Shown in pieces: positions 1-10,616 of a stretch of DNA of 59,362 nt. The notes under the pieces were generated by a model. The model searched no databases, was not told where the DNA came from, and worked only from the letters and a program-made list of their open reading frames with translations. The stretch comes from a virus (Duplodnaviria > Caudoviricetes). The position numbers were made by a program, and so were the translations under genes. The stretch's first letter is position 1. Each line of letters starts with the position of its first letter. The stretch spans positions 1 through 59,362 of IMG/VR virus record IMGVR_UViG_3300018481_000024. One strand, given 5' to 3'.

Positions 1-585
1 AGCAAGTACGCGGCCCCCGGCAACTTCATGCTCGGCGAGATCGGTCGGCTCTACGACGTGGTCTTCATCGAGACGACCCAGATCGGTGCGGTCCGCTCGC
101 CGAGTCCGGGCATCTTGGAGTCCTACAGGGACAACTCGCCGCTCGACTGGCGTGGTGATCCCGATGGCACCGACCCGGTCCTCGGTGTCGGCGCTCCCGG
201 CCTCGGTGGTGTCGGTACTCCCGGCCTCGTCGGTGACCACAACACCCCCGGTGGTGGTGCGGACATCGAAGGTGCCGATCCCGGTACCGTTCCCTCGGCG
301 CAGAACCCCGGTGAGCTGCCCGTTCCCGGCTGGGACCAGAAGTGGCCCGCCAGCTACGACGGCTTCGATCCGGTCACGCCCGCCTCCGACCTCGGTCTGG
401 AAGCGATCCTGCTCGGTGACAACGCCTTCGGTCACGCCGTGTCGCTGCCCGTCGAGCTTCGTGACGGTGGTGTCCTCGACTTCGGTCGTGAGCACGCGCT
501 GGCGTGGTACTCGATCTGGGGCTTCGGCCTGATCACCGACAGCGCCGTCGTCAAGATCCGCACCGACATGGACGTGGCGATCTGA
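1..585 (+). CDS. Major capsid protein, C-terminal part (5'-truncated; N4-gp56-like HK97 fold)
   Basis: Frame open from base 1; motifs KYAAPGNFMLGEIGRLYDVVFIETTQ and GDNAFGHAVSLPVELRDGGVLDFGREHALAWYSIWG are typical of this capsid family; heads the structural operon. Confidence 0.85.
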   Translation, partial: SKYAAPGNFMLGEIGRLYDVVFIETTQIGAVRSPSPGILESYRDNSPLDWRGDPDGTDPVLGVGAPGLGGVGTPGLVGDHNTPGGGADIEGADPGTVPSAQNPGELPVPGWDQKWPASYDGFDPVTPASDLGLEAILLGDNAFGHAVSLPVELRDGGVLDFGREHALAWYSIWGFGLITDSAVVKIRTDMDVAI

Positions 586-595
586 TCGTCCCTTG

Positions 596-623
596 GTCGG
601 GGGGCGGGCAACCGCCCCCCGAC
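596..623 (+). terminator. 12-bp GC hairpin with GCAA tetraloop after the capsid gene (terminator/attenuator or RNA-stabilising stem)
   Basis: GTCGGGGGGCGG-GCAA-CCGCCCCCCGAC is a perfect stem; no strong U-tract. Confidence 0.7.
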
Positions 624-649
624 TCGTAGTTCTCGACTGGAGCATCAAT

Positions 650-976
650 ATGGCAGCAACCCAACGTGTCAAGGTTCAGGAAGAAGCCACCCCCGCCGAG
701 GTGGCCGATCGGATCGGCACCCTCAACAACGTCATGGGCGGTGGCGATCAGGTCATCGTGGACGGTGTGCAGGATCCTCGTGCCGAGGGGTCGGTCGCCA
801 AGACCGGTCCACAGCCCCCTCGCATGGTCGAGATCCGGGTGACCGAGGACATCGAAGAGATGTCCTACATCAGCGGTGGCGTCCGGGGTCGATTCACCTT
901 CAAGCAGGGAAACCGTTACAGGGTGCCGCTGGAAGTGGCGCTGGAGCTAGAGACACTGGGCAAGGTCTGGCACTGA
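650..976 (+). CDS. Hypothetical virion/head-associated protein
   Basis: GGAG RBS before ATG 650; C-terminal F..G..YRVP..VA..L...GKVW; position directly after the capsid gene. Confidence 0.65.
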   Translation: MAATQRVKVQEEATPAEVADRIGTLNNVMGGGDQVIVDGVQDPRAEGSVAKTGPQPPRMVEIRVTEDIEEMSYISGGVRGRFTFKQGNRYRVPLEVALELETLGKVWH

Positions 977-1001
977 CCCTGCCCTCCGAGAGAGGGTCAA
1001 C

Positions 1002-1580
1002 ATGAGTCTTGTCAGCGTCCATATGCCAAGTTCGATGCTCGGTCAGGGCGGCGGAGGCGGCGGAGGTGGTGGAGTCAACGACCCGCACATCAACACGCTC
1101 TCTCCGAACACTCTGCCGGTGTCAGCGTCAGCCTCGACCATCACGGTCACCGGAACGCTGTTCGAAGCAGGTTCGGTGGTCGAGATCGCCCAGCAGGATC
1201 GTCCGACGACCTTCGTGTCGGCGACCTCGTTGACGGTCAGCTTCACCCCGGCCACCGCTGGGACGGTGAACTTCACCGTCCGCAACCCGAACGACGAGGA
1301 GTCCAACTCCGTCCCGTTCGTCATCACCGCCGCCGCAGGGGACCCGGAACCTGAGGCCGACACGACCTCAGGAAATGGCACCCCTCCAACCGAGGTGGTC
1401 CCCGGTGATCCGGGCGAGTTCCTCCCGAAGGGCTGCGCCGTCCCCGAGAACATCAGCGCACTGCGCGAGATCGAGCTGGAGATGGAGTCGCTCAAGAAGT
1501 GGAAGAAGGGTGAGCACGTCGCCATCGGAACGGGCAACGTCCACTGGGACGGCGAGGACTGGGCCAAGGGAATTGCCTGA
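1002..1580 (+). CDS. IPT/TIG (Ig-like) domain decoration protein
   Basis: PHINTLSPNTLPV..TITVTGTLFEAGSVV..TTFVSATSLTV..VRNP..SNSVPF matches the IPT/TIG pattern; C-terminal W..G.HV..HWDGEDW module. Confidence 0.75.
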   Translation: MSLVSVHMPSSMLGQGGGGGGGGGVNDPHINTLSPNTLPVSASASTITVTGTLFEAGSVVEIAQQDRPTTFVSATSLTVSFTPATAGTVNFTVRNPNDEESNSVPFVITAAAGDPEPEADTTSGNGTPPTEVVPGDPGEFLPKGCAVPENISALREIELEMESLKKWKKGEHVAIGTGNVHWDGEDWAKGIA

Positions 1581-1975
1581 TGTCCGAACCCGAGGAACGG
1601 TTGGCTGGCATCAAGGAGTTCGTGACGGGCGTCGAGAACTGGGCGGCTGACGACGGCCCGTTCGCCGACAACACCAACGGGGCCATCACGCCCCAGACGT
1701 TCCGTGACTTCGCCGCCGCCGTCGAGGATGCACTGACCCGTGTCCGCCTGTCATTGGGGATGCTCCTCGCCGAGATCTCCGAAGGTTCTGCGCCCACGCC
1801 ATTTCATCTCGATCCTGACAAGCCCGAGACGGGCTGGGTGGTACCGTCGAAGACGGTTCTGGATGCCTTGGAGTACGAAGGTGATCCATGGAGCACTGGT
1901 CAGTACATCCAACTGAAGAACGGTCGGTCCTACTTCTGGGATGGGTCGGCATGGGCTTCGGGTCAGAATGACTGA
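1580..1975 (+). CDS. Small virion decoration/fibre protein
   Basis: TGATG coupling; N-terminal ADNTNGAITPQTFRD; C-terminal WSTGQYIQL..YFWDGSAW module. Confidence 0.65.
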   Translation: MSEPEERLAGIKEFVTGVENWAADDGPFADNTNGAITPQTFRDFAAAVEDALTRVRLSLGMLLAEISEGSAPTPFHLDPDKPETGWVVPSKTVLDALEYEGDPWSTGQYIQLKNGRSYFWDGSAWASGQND

Positions 1976-1985
1976 GGAGTAATCC

Positions 1986-3548
1986 GTGGCTCGTCCCGGC
2001 TTCATCATCCCCAATGCTGCGGACGCCACGAAGTCCTCGTTCATCGCAGAGCCAGATGCGGGCGACTTCGACATCCTCGGCCACCAGACCTACGGGGTCT
2101 GGCTCGGGTGTGACTACGTCCTGAACGGCAACCAGTTCTCGATCGTCAGTTCCGTCAACGTCTTCGCGATTCAGGGCAAGGTCTACGTCACCAAGATCGA
2201 CGGGACCGCCATCAAGATCCCGCCGTCCTCCTCCAACTACCCCCGCTTCGACCTCGTCGGGTACCGGTTGGCGAGCGGCATCCCCCAGCTCCACATCGTG
2301 CAGGGGCTGAGCAACAACTTGCGTCCGGTCTTCCCCGAGATCCCCGAAGACATGCTGGTCCTCGCCTCGGCGTACATCCCGGCGGGGTTGACCAACTGGG
2401 CCACGGTCACCGACGTTGAGGAGTACGTCACCGACAAGCGGGTCTTCCTGCTCTCCGGTGCCAAGGGTGTCGCCACTCCGTCGGAGCCGTTCGTTCAGGT
2501 CACCGACCCGACGACCGGTCAGACCAACTTCACCATCCGTGGTGGCGGTCAGATGCTCTTCTCCAACGGGGCATCGATCACGCCCGAGGGGAATCGTCGG
2601 CTGACGATCATCGAGACGCTCTACGCCGAGAACCTCGCCGGTCGGAATCTGAACATCACCCTTGAGGGCAACTTCGGCGGCAACATCTACGCCGCCAACC
2701 TCAAGTGGGGACACGGTCCTCCGAACACCAGCACGGGTGGCTCCACGGGAGCGATCTATCAGGATCAGGATGGCGGGCACATCTATGTGAAGAACAGCAT
2801 CGGCGAGTGGGAGTTGCTCGTCCCCGATGGCTACCCGACCGGGACGATCATGTCCTCGGTCCTCGGCGCTGCTCATCCGTGGCTCGACGGTGCGTGGCTC
2901 CTCTGCGACGGTCGTACCGTGTCGCAGGAGGAGGCCGGTCAGCTCTGGACCCTCATGCCGTCGTGGCAGCAGGACGGGCGGCTCGTCCTTCCCGACCTCA
3001 GGGAGCGGGTCCTGATGGGGGCGAAGACCCCCGGACTCATCGGTGAGATGGGTGGGTCGAACTCCTACACACTCGACCAGAGCCATCTTCCGAGTCACGA
3101 CCACACGGTCACGATCGGCTCCGCTGGTGGACACCGTCATGATGTCGCCACCAATACCGCCGGGTGGCACGGTCACGGTGTGAACGATCCGGGCCACGTC
3201 CACTACCCCAACTGGTACCCCCACCCCTTCACGCAGTTCCTTTCGAACCAGTGGGGCGGGCCGTTCGGAGTGTTCGGTCGCCAGCAGGCGTGGGATATCG
3301 CCCGTCACTTCTGGCCGGATCCGAACACGGAACCCGACAAGGGTGTGGCGGTTGGGTCCAACCCCGGAACCTTGAACGGGACGACGGGAATCACTCTCGC
3401 TGGCGCTGGTGAGCACGCCCACACCGCTTCCACCAGTGATGCTGCTCACCACACCCACACCGTGTCGGTGTCCAAGACCGGATCGTCGCAGTCCGTGGTG
3501 AGTAACCAGCAGGCATATATGACTATCAACTACTTCATCAAGAACTGA
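1986..3548 (+). CDS. Tail-collar-domain fibre protein with HxH metal-binding tip
   Basis: GAGGAG RBS and GTG start; collar motif GYPTGTIM..WLLCDG..LPDLRERVLMG; repeated HxH (SHDH, HRH, HGH, HVH, HAH, HTH); ends INYFIK. Confidence 0.8.
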   Translation: MARPGFIIPNAADATKSSFIAEPDAGDFDILGHQTYGVWLGCDYVLNGNQFSIVSSVNVFAIQGKVYVTKIDGTAIKIPPSSSNYPRFDLVGYRLASGIPQLHIVQGLSNNLRPVFPEIPEDMLVLASAYIPAGLTNWATVTDVEEYVTDKRVFLLSGAKGVATPSEPFVQVTDPTTGQTNFTIRGGGQMLFSNGASITPEGNRRLTIIETLYAENLAGRNLNITLEGNFGGNIYAANLKWGHGPPNTSTGGSTGAIYQDQDGGHIYVKNSIGEWELLVPDGYPTGTIMSSVLGAAHPWLDGAWLLCDGRTVSQEEAGQLWTLMPSWQQDGRLVLPDLRERVLMGAKTPGLIGEMGGSNSYTLDQSHLPSHDHTVTIGSAGGHRHDVATNTAGWHGHGVNDPGHVHYPNWYPHPFTQFLSNQWGGPFGVFGRQQAWDIARHFWPDPNTEPDKGVAVGSNPGTLNGTTGITLAGAGEHAHTASTSDAAHHTHTVSVSKTGSSQSVVSNQQAYMTINYFIKN

Positions 3549-3555
3549 GTGTTCG

Positions 3556-4224
3556 ATGGATGAACCAGTACAGGGATCGTTCCTCCACACCTTCGCCGGT
3601 CTGACGAACGGCAACCCCTTCGACTTCTCGCAGGAGTTGGTCAAGGTCGCCTTCTACTCCGGGTCGCCGTCGTACCGGAACTACGTCAACTCCCAGCCCC
3701 ACAACATCTACGCCACCAGCACCGACCGGTACGGCGAGGGCATCTGGGATTCGGTCAATGACCCTGCGCCCTACATCAGCCCCATGGTCGAGGTCGTCTC
3801 CAGCACCCCGTCGGGTGCCCCGTCCATCCCCATCGGCGGCATCTTCCCGAGCGGTGGCGGTGCTCCCCCGACTCCGAACATCGGACCGGGTTCCCGTCCG
3901 TCGAAGATCATCGAGGCCCAGACCGACGATCCGTACGACGGTAGTTCGGTATATCTGATCCCAGATGTGTGGGTCGACAATGTCACCCTCGTCCGTGCCC
4001 GCCTTGACGACAAAGGCAACACGGTGGCAGCCGAGATCACGGGTGCCCTCATCTACCTCGACAGCGACAAGCGGCCCCTCTGCTTCGTGGACTTCGGCGG
4101 GCCGTCCCCCGCCGTCAACGGGATCCTGAACATCCGCTGGCCCCGGTACGGACGACCGAGCGATCAGACCCCCGATGACATCGGTGTCCTCATGTCCGCC
4201 ACCTTCGCCACGACGCTGGTCTGA
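3556..4224 (+). CDS. Minor structural protein
   Basis: VKVAFY..GALIY..PLCFVDFGG..NGILNIRW resembles actinophage minor tail proteins; within the structural operon. Confidence 0.55.
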   Translation: MDEPVQGSFLHTFAGLTNGNPFDFSQELVKVAFYSGSPSYRNYVNSQPHNIYATSTDRYGEGIWDSVNDPAPYISPMVEVVSSTPSGAPSIPIGGIFPSGGGAPPTPNIGPGSRPSKIIEAQTDDPYDGSSVYLIPDVWVDNVTLVRARLDDKGNTVAAEITGALIYLDSDKRPLCFVDFGGPSPAVNGILNIRWPRYGRPSDQTPDDIGVLMSATFATTLV

Positions 4225-4239
4225 CATAGGGGGAGGCGA

Positions 4240-7200
4240 ATGTCCAAGAGCGATCATCTTGAAGATGAAGTCCTCCTATGGGTCACCGGGCAGGACAGCA
4301 CTCTCGGCCCCGGTGTCGACGGTCCGTACCTCGCCCTCTACACCGACATCCCTTCTGATGTCGGTGGCGGGACCGAGGTGGTGGGCAACGGCTACGCCCG
4401 CGTAAACACCGACGGCAAGTGGACCGAGCCGTTCGACGGGGCGGCGAGGAACCAGACAGAGGTCATATTTCCTGAGGCCACCGGAGCTTCAGGATTCGGG
4501 ACCCTCGTCGCCATCGGTCTGCTCGACGCCCCGGTGGGAGGCAACCTCCTCTACTGGACGACCATCCCCGCCACCTTCATCGATGACCAGCAGACGCCGA
4601 AGTTCCCGCCGGGAGCGCTCGTCATCATCGAGGATGCCGCCGAGATCCCGAGCGGCGATGAGGTGATCGTCTCCCCCACCGATCCGGGGATGGGGTACGA
4701 CCTCTGGTACAACCCGAACGAGCCGATCACGCTCCGGGTCAACAACGGCGGCGTGTGGGCAGAGATCCCGACCGTCGGTCCACAGGGTCCGACCGGCGCA
4801 ACCGGAGCTGACTCCACAGTCCCCGGTCCTGTCGGACCTCAGGGTGTGCAGGGCATCCAAGGCGTGAAGGGAGATACCGGAGACGTTGGACCTCAAGGTC
4901 CCATCGGCGCTACCGGTGCCACCGGAGCTGACTCGACCGTGCCGGGACCGCAGGGTCCTCAGGGTGACATCGGCCCGCAGGGTGCCACCGGAGCGACCGG
5001 TGCTGATTCGACCGTGCCCGGTCCCACCGGTCCTGAAGGTCCGCAGGGCGTCAAGGGCGACACCGGAGCAACGGGTGCTGATTCCACCGTGCCCGGTCCG
5101 ACGGGACCGACTGGCGCAACTGGTGCGACGGGTCCTGAAGGCCCGCAGGGCATCCAAGGCCCGATCGGAGCAACCGGAGCTGACTCAACCGTTCCCGGCC
5201 CCACCGGTCCCACCGGTCCCGAAGGTCCCGAAGGTCCCGAGGGGCCGGAAGGTCCGCAGGGCATTCAGGGTGAGATCGGCCCAGCCGGTCCTGCTGGTTC
5301 AGGTACTGGTGACGTACTCGGTCCTGCGGCATCTGTTGCCAATCAGTTGGCTGTGTATGCCGACACGACCGGCAAGACCATCACGAACTCTCCTGCCACT
5401 GCTGACCCTGTAACTGGCAACCTTCGTGCCCCGCGGTTGCTGCTCAACGACCCCACCAACACCAACACGCTCACGCTCACCACCGACGTTGATTATTCGG
5501 CTGATGCCACCCTGACCCTCCGCACCGCCACCACAGGCGGTCCGGTGTCGTTGCAGATCCTCGGCGATTCTCGGATCAATCAGGACATGCGGACCGCCGC
5601 TCAGCCGACGTTTACGAACGTCTCGGCGACTACCGCCGCTCCGACCGATCCGGCTCATCTGACCCGCAAGGACTACGTCGACACGGCTGTAGCGGGGGCT
5701 GGCGGAGAGTCGTACTGGACCGACGATGGTGCAGGTGGCATCGAGTACGTCGATGCCGATGGTCCTGCTGCCGTCGGTGTGGAGGGTGTCGGGACGGGTG
5801 CCCTCACCTTCTCGGTTGACGGTGCGGTGATGGGCGTCCTCAGTGCCGACACCGGAAAGTTTGCGTTCTGGAACAACGCCGGACATTTGGGCATGTCGAT
5901 CAACAAGGACACCGGACAGGTCCGCATCGGTACCAACGGATGTGCAACGGCGATGAAAGGCACCGTCTCCCTCTCGCTCGATCCGGTGGCTCCGCTGGAA
6001 GCGGCCACCAAGCAGTACGTCGACAACACGATCGCCAGCACCGTACCCACTCTGCCGCCCGAGTCCGATGCGAATCGGAACACGGTCTACGGCCTCCCCA
6101 CGCCGGATCCGGTTCCTGCCGGGGCTACCGACAACACTGTGTTTGGTTACGACCTTCTGAATCGCCTAACGACAGGTTACAAAAATGTCGCCGTGGGATC
6201 GTGGTCCCTCAGGTATGTGACCTCAGGATCTAAGAACATCGTCTCCGGTTGTGCTGCTGCATATAACACCACGACAGGAAGTGACAATGTAGTCATCGGA
6301 GATTCGTCCCTATATACCAATACGGTGGGGACTGGTAATATCGCTGTTGGGACCAATTCCCTATATACCAGTACCGGCGGCAACAATGTTGCTGTCGGCA
6401 AGGATGCTCTGAGGACGTTGGCGACTGGTGCCAACAACACCGCGGTTGGCTTCAATGCCCTGTTTACGGCTGACCTCGCCGCCGGTAGCAACACTGCGGT
6501 TGGTGCCAACTCCGGTCTGTATGGATCGTCCACCAATGCCAGCTTCACAGTTGCCGTTGGTAACAACGCCAAGGCTGCTCATGCTTCGACTGCGATCGGG
6601 ACCGGGGCTGAGGCTCGCGCCAACGGTTCGCTCGCGCTCGGTGATTCCGCCGTTGCCGTCAACAGCAACCAGTATGTGATCGGTTCAGCCCTCAAGAATG
6701 TTGAGATACCCGGCACCCTCACCGTGATCGGGAGCTACACCGGCTACGCCCATACCGTCCTCTCCACCGTGAACGTGGTTGACGGCTTCAACTGCGGCGC
6801 TACCGTTTCCACCTTCTTCGGCAAGGTGAAGTCACCACCAGCACCGACCGATGCGGATGACTTGACGAACAAGGCGTACGTCGACACCACGGTCGCCGCT
6901 GGCGCGCCAGAGTCCGACGCTCTGTGGAACACCGCCTTCGGCACCAGATCCATTCCGACTGGCATCGCTGGTCAGCGGAACACGGCGGTAGGTGACTCGG
7001 CACTCACAGTCGTAGCTGGTGGGCTGGGAAATACAGCGGTAGGTCAGTTGGCTGGGACTGCGATTACAACTGGTAACAACAATGTAGCTATTGGTTATCA
7101 GGCTCTGCGTACCTCAGACGCTGGAAGTAACAATGTTGCGGTTGGTACTTCTGCTTTGAAGGATTCAACTTCAGGACCGGGCGGCAATGTTGCCGTAGGT

Positions 7201-8514
7201 ATGGGATCCCTGATGGCCCTGACCACTGGATACGCGAATGCCAGTGTGGGTACGAGTGCTGGTAGCGCTATCAGTACTGCGAATAACAACACCCTCGTCG
7301 GTAACGCAGCAGGACAACTTATTACGAGTGGAACGGGCAACACCATTATCGGTGGTTCTGCCAACCTGTACGGCAGCTCCGGCCTCTCAGCCAGAGCGAC
7401 TGTTGTTGGATATGAGGCAAAAGCTGCTCAGCAGGGAACTGCAATCGGGTGGAAGGCCGAGGCTCGGGGTTCTAATTCTACGGCGATTGGTGAGATGGCG
7501 ATTGCCATGAACGCCGGTGAGATCGTGCTCGGTTACGGTTCTAACAACACCTCCATTCCCGGCAACTTCGCCGTATTCGGAACGGCGAGGGCAGCAGCAG
7601 TACCGACTGTCCCTGACGACCTGACTAACAAGCTGTACGTCGACACGGCTGTGGCCGGTGCTGGTGGTGGCGGCGGGCTGACGGTGGATATGCAGGTGTT
7701 CACCGCATCTGGCAACAACACATGGACGAAGCCGCCGGGTGCGGTTCGCACTCTGGTGGAGCTTCAGGGCGGTGGCGGTGGTGGCGGTGGTGGTCGTAAG
7801 GGCGCTGCTGGTACTGCCCGCTGCGGCGGTGGTGGTGGAGGTGCCGGTGCTTACGCCGAGACGATCCTCGATGCGGCGCTCCTGCCAGCGACCATGTCAG
7901 TCTCGGTTGGTTATGGCGGCAACGGCGGAGCTGGTGCCACCGCCAATGACACCAATGGAACTGCTGGTTCGCCCGGTGCTCAGTCAAATCTGTGGTCGGC
8001 CTTCTATTACCTAATCGCCGGAGGCGGTTATGGAGGCGGTGGTGGAGGTCTAGGCGTAGGCGGTACAGGAGCACAGGGCGGCAGTGGCATGTTCAATGGC
8101 GGTTCTGGACATGCATCGAGTGCCGCTGGATCCCTCATCGGTGGAGCGTCCTCACCTAACGGTGCTCGGGCAGGTGGCGGAGGTTCCGGCAGTGGCGTTA
8201 CCACGGCGAATGTCGCGGCGAATGGTGGATCTTGCGGTTACACGCCTCGTTCGTCATCACCGTCTGGTGGGACTGCAAATACCGGTAACCCCGGAGTAAC
8301 CGATGTCGGGCCACCGGGAGTGTTGATTGGGTTCGGTGGCGGTGGTGGCGGTGGCGGATCCACCGTTGGCGACGCTGGTAATGGTGGCGGCGGTGTTCGG
8401 GGTTCTGCTGGTGGTGGCGGCGGTGGAGCGACCAACGATGTGGGCAACGGTGGTTCAGGCGGTAGAGGTGGAGATGGCATTGTTGTCATGACCACATGGT
8501 GTTTGCCAACTTGA
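4240..8514 (+). CDS. Long mosaic tail fibre/adhesin: anchor domain, collagen stalk, two YadA-head-like repeat blocks, Gly-rich C-terminal domain
   Basis: GGAGG RBS; Gly-X-Y run; many N(T/V)A(V/I)G repeats; four K.YVD neck motifs; C-terminal [30 protein letters not shown]. Confidence 0.85.
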   Translation: MSKSDHLEDEVLLWVTGQDSTLGPGVDGPYLALYTDIPSDVGGGTEVVGNGYARVNTDGKWTEPFDGAARNQTEVIFPEATGASGFGTLVAIGLLDAPVGGNLLYWTTIPATFIDDQQTPKFPPGALVIIEDAAEIPSGDEVIVSPTDPGMGYDLWYNPNEPITLRVNNGGVWAEIPTVGPQGPTGATGADSTVPGPVGPQGVQGIQGVKGDTGDVGPQGPIGATGATGADSTVPGPQGPQGDIGPQGATGATGADSTVPGPTGPEGPQGVKGDTGATGADSTVPGPTGPTGATGATGPEGPQGIQGPIGATGADSTVPGPTGPTGPEGPEGPEGPEGPQGIQGEIGPAGPAGSGTGDVLGPAASVANQLAVYADTTGKTITNSPATADPVTGNLRAPRLLLNDPTNTNTLTLTTDVDYSADATLTLRTATTGGPVSLQILGDSRINQDMRTAAQPTFTNVSATTAAPTDPAHLTRKDYVDTAVAGAGGESYWTDDGAGGIEYVDADGPAAVGVEGVGTGALTFSVDGAVMGVLSADTGKFAFWNNAGHLGMSINKDTGQVRIGTNGCATAMKGTVSLSLDPVAPLEAATKQYVDNTIASTVPTLPPESDANRNTVYGLPTPDPVPAGATDNTVFGYDLLNRLTTGYKNVAVGSWSLRYVTSGSKNIVSGCAAAYNTTTGSDNVVIGDSSLYTNTVGTGNIAVGTNSLYTSTGGNNVAVGKDALRTLATGANNTAVGFNALFTADLAAGSNTAVGANSGLYGSSTNASFTVAVGNNAKAAHASTAIGTGAEARANGSLALGDSAVAVNSNQYVIGSALKNVEIPGTLTVIGSYTGYAHTVLSTVNVVDGFNCGATVSTFFGKVKSPPAPTDADDLTNKAYVDTTVAAGAPESDALWNTAFGTRSIPTGIAGQRNTAVGDSALTVVAGGLGNTAVGQLAGTAITTGNNNVAIGYQALRTSDAGSNNVAVGTSALKDSTSGPGGNVAVGMGSLMALTTGYANASVGTSAGSAISTANNNTLVGNAAGQLITSGTGNTIIGGSANLYGSSGLSARATVVGYEAKAAQQGTAIGWKAEARGSNSTAIGEMAIAMNAGEIVLGYGSNNTSIPGNFAVFGTARAAAVPTVPDDLTNKLYVDTAVAGAGGGGGLTVDMQVFTASGNNTWTKPPGAVRTLVELQGGGGGGGGGRKGAAGTARCGGGGGGAGAYAETILDAALLPATMSVSVGYGGNGGAGATANDTNGTAGSPGAQSNLWSAFYYLIAGGGYGGGGGGLGVGGTGAQGGSGMFNGGSGHASSAAGSLIGGASSPNGARAGGGGSGSGVTTANVAANGGSCGYTPRSSSPSGGTANTGNPGVTDVGPPGVLIGFGGGGGGGGSTVGDAGNGGGGVRGSAGGGGGGATNDVGNGGSGGRGGDGIVVMTTWCLPT
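4777..5298 (+). repeat. Collagen-like Gly-X-Y repeat with five GADSTVP interruptions
   Basis: Seen directly in the translation; degenerate tandem nucleotide repeats. Confidence 0.9.
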
Positions 8515-8524
8515 TGGAGGAATC

Positions 8525-8806
8525 ATGAGTTACCTGACCCAGAATGAAATCGCCAACGATCCGCACATGAACGCTCGGGTGGCTCAGGCTGCCGCCGAGG
8601 AAGACGCGGGCGGCACCGACCCCGACCGGTGGACCTACGAGAACCGGCGTGACTGGGCCTCGGCTCCCGGCTGGGACGACGCGTGGGAGTCGGCCAAGGT
8701 GACGCACGAAGCCGACCCGAACTACCAGCCCGGTCTGGACGAAGCCGTCATCACCGACGGGATGATCCTGTCGCAGGTGCAGGCGATGGCCGCTCCGGGG
8801 GCGTGA
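8525..8806 (+). CDS. Small fibre-associated protein (possible fibre chaperone)
   Basis: GGAGG RBS; MSY.TQ..IA.D....RV.QAAA..W..APGWDDAW..ITDGMILSQVQ, a pattern commonly found after actinophage fibre genes. Confidence 0.65.
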   Translation: MSYLTQNEIANDPHMNARVAQAAAEEDAGGTDPDRWTYENRRDWASAPGWDDAWESAKVTHEADPNYQPGLDEAVITDGMILSQVQAMAAPGA

Positions 8807-9199
8807 ATGTCCAAGTCTGATTATCTGGAGAATGAAGAACTGAAGTGGGCGACAGGTCAGACTGGCGCGTTCGGTGACGGGGCCAACGGCCCCTACCTCG
8901 CTCTCTACACAGCGCCCCCGACCGACATCGGAGGCGGCACCGAGGTGACCGGCGGCGGGTATGCCCGTGTGGATACCTCCGGTAAGTGGGCAGTCCCCGT
9001 CAATGGATCCACGACCAACAGCGTGGAGATCCTCTACTCCAAGGCCATATCCGATTGGGGAGCGATCATCGCCATCGGTCTGTTCGATGATCTCGCAGCG
9101 GGGAATCTCCTGTATTGGGGAGAGATTCCCGGCATGACGATCGGCATCAACGAGACGGCTCGGTTCATTGCGGGAGCGCTCCAACTGAACGAGGATTGA
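8807..9199 (+). CDS. Minor tail protein, paralogue of the N-terminal domain of the 4240 fibre
   Basis: MSKSDYLE..YLALYTAPPTD.GGGTEV.GGGYARV..IAIGLFD...GNLLYW aligns end to end with aa 1-132 of the 4240 ORF. Confidence 0.8.
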   Translation: MSKSDYLENEELKWATGQTGAFGDGANGPYLALYTAPPTDIGGGTEVTGGGYARVDTSGKWAVPVNGSTTNSVEILYSKAISDWGAIIAIGLFDDLAAGNLLYWGEIPGMTIGINETARFIAGALQLNED

Positions 9200-9201
9200 C
9201 C

Positions 9202-9705
9202 ATGGCCGAAGTCAATCTCTCCGGGGTATTTGCCAACGTCAGTTCGTTCACGGCGATATTGACGGTTACGGATTCTCCGAAGGTTGACCTATCGGCGAGC
9301 TTGAGTGGGTCGGGCAGCCTGACATCCACCGGGTTGGACATGATCCCGGCGGGATATGTCGAACTGACAGGGACGCTCAGCGGTACCAGCTACCTGTACG
9401 GACGGCTGTCGTCGGAAGTGGAGATCCACGACGCCTTCATCGACCTGACGCACCGGGCACCTCTGTCGTACCTACGGCTCCCGTCGGTCATCAACCCCAC
9501 CGTGATCGTCAGCCGGTCGCCGATGTGCTGGCTCGGCCCCCCGCTGGTCGAGTACCACGACGACCGTTCATCGTCGGTGGTCACCTTCCCGTCGGTCGGT
9601 ACCAACTGGACGGTTGTCAGCGGCGGTACTGTATTGGCAGTCAATGGTGTTCAAGTTCGGCAATCTGCTGAAGATGAGATCTTCGATGGGGTGTATGAGC
9701 CATGA
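9202..9705 (+). CDS. Hypothetical structural protein
   Basis: GAGGA RBS before ATG 9202; beta-strand repeats (V.LSG.L.G.S.L); coupled to the next gene. Confidence 0.55.
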   Translation: MAEVNLSGVFANVSSFTAILTVTDSPKVDLSASLSGSGSLTSTGLDMIPAGYVELTGTLSGTSYLYGRLSSEVEIHDAFIDLTHRAPLSYLRLPSVINPTVIVSRSPMCWLGPPLVEYHDDRSSSVVTFPSVGTNWTVVSGGTVLAVNGVQVRQSAEDEIFDGVYEP

Positions 9706-10616
9706 CCGACGCTTTCATCGATCTCTCCACCAAGACCCCTCAGGACACGCCGTTCACCGTCCACGGGCGCTCGATCACCGACCCTTGCAAGTGCGAGCCG
9801 TATAACGGCGGGCTGCCGATATACGACTTCAATGGGAACGTCCCCGGCACCAAGCCCGACGATGGGAAGGACGAGTTCCCGATCGTCAAGGACATCTCCT
9901 TCGTCCGGGGTGACCAGTGGGAAGGCGAGTACCTGTTCGTCGGGAAGGTCTGGACCCCGTCCCGCCCCATCGATGAGGACGGCCTCCTGCTCTACGCCGA
10001 GGGTGAGATCTACCCAGAGCTTCAGGGCGACATCTCGCCCATCGTCCTTCCGTCGCCGTGGGAGCGGACTCACTGGTTCTCCCAGATCCGGGCGACCTAC
10101 GGAGCGGCCATCCGGTACTACAACGGCTGGATCCCGTGGTACGGATCCAACCCCGGCAACTGGTGGTTCCGTCACTCCAAGGTCGCCGAACTCGTCTGCA
10201 TCGCCGAGTACTCCGACATCCACGGCGGCACGATCGTGAAGCTCATCTGCCCGTCCAACTCCACCTACCGGATCTACCCGTCGCAGACTGCCTACCGGTG
10301 GAGCTGCATCCGGTCACAGCCGTCGGTGGTCGATGCGACCTCACTCCCAGAGCCTCCCGACGACGAGCCGATCCAGACGACGGGCTGGGCCAACATCCAC
10401 ACCATGCTGGCGGGCAAGGTCGTGGTGGATCCGTCGTGGACCGCTGTGCCGATTGATTTTCCTGATCAGAACCTCCACTTGGGAAATGAGCCGCACCTCA
10501 ACGAGAACATCTGGATCCGGCCCCCGACCCCCAACCCGAACTGGCTGCCGCCTGCCACGCCTGAGTTCGCTCCGCAGAAGCCCGTCGAAGCCAAGCCTCC
10601 CGAGGTCACTCCATGA
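9702..10616 (+). CDS. Hypothetical structural protein (BppU-like N-terminal fold possible)
   Basis: ATGA overlap; DISFVRGDQW..SQIR..T.LAGKVVVDP pattern. Confidence 0.55.
   Translation: MTDAFIDLSTKTPQDTPFTVHGRSITDPCKCEPYNGGLPIYDFNGNVPGTKPDDGKDEFPIVKDISFVRGDQWEGEYLFVGKVWTPSRPIDEDGLLLYAEGEIYPELQGDISPIVLPSPWERTHWFSQIRATYGAAIRYYNGWIPWYGSNPGNWWFRHSKVAELVCIAEYSDIHGGTIVKLICPSNSTYRIYPSQTAYRWSCIRSQPSVVDATSLPEPPDDEPIQTTGWANIHTMLAGKVVVDPSWTAVPIDFPDQNLHLGNEPHLNENIWIRPPTPNPNWLPPATPEFAPQKPVEAKPPEVTP

Noticed and set aside
1686-3644. Long minus-strand ORFs (also 44476-45879, 49457-50806, 56089-57639 and many shorter ones)
   Set aside because: Antisense shadows of high-GC genes with no recognisable motifs or RBS
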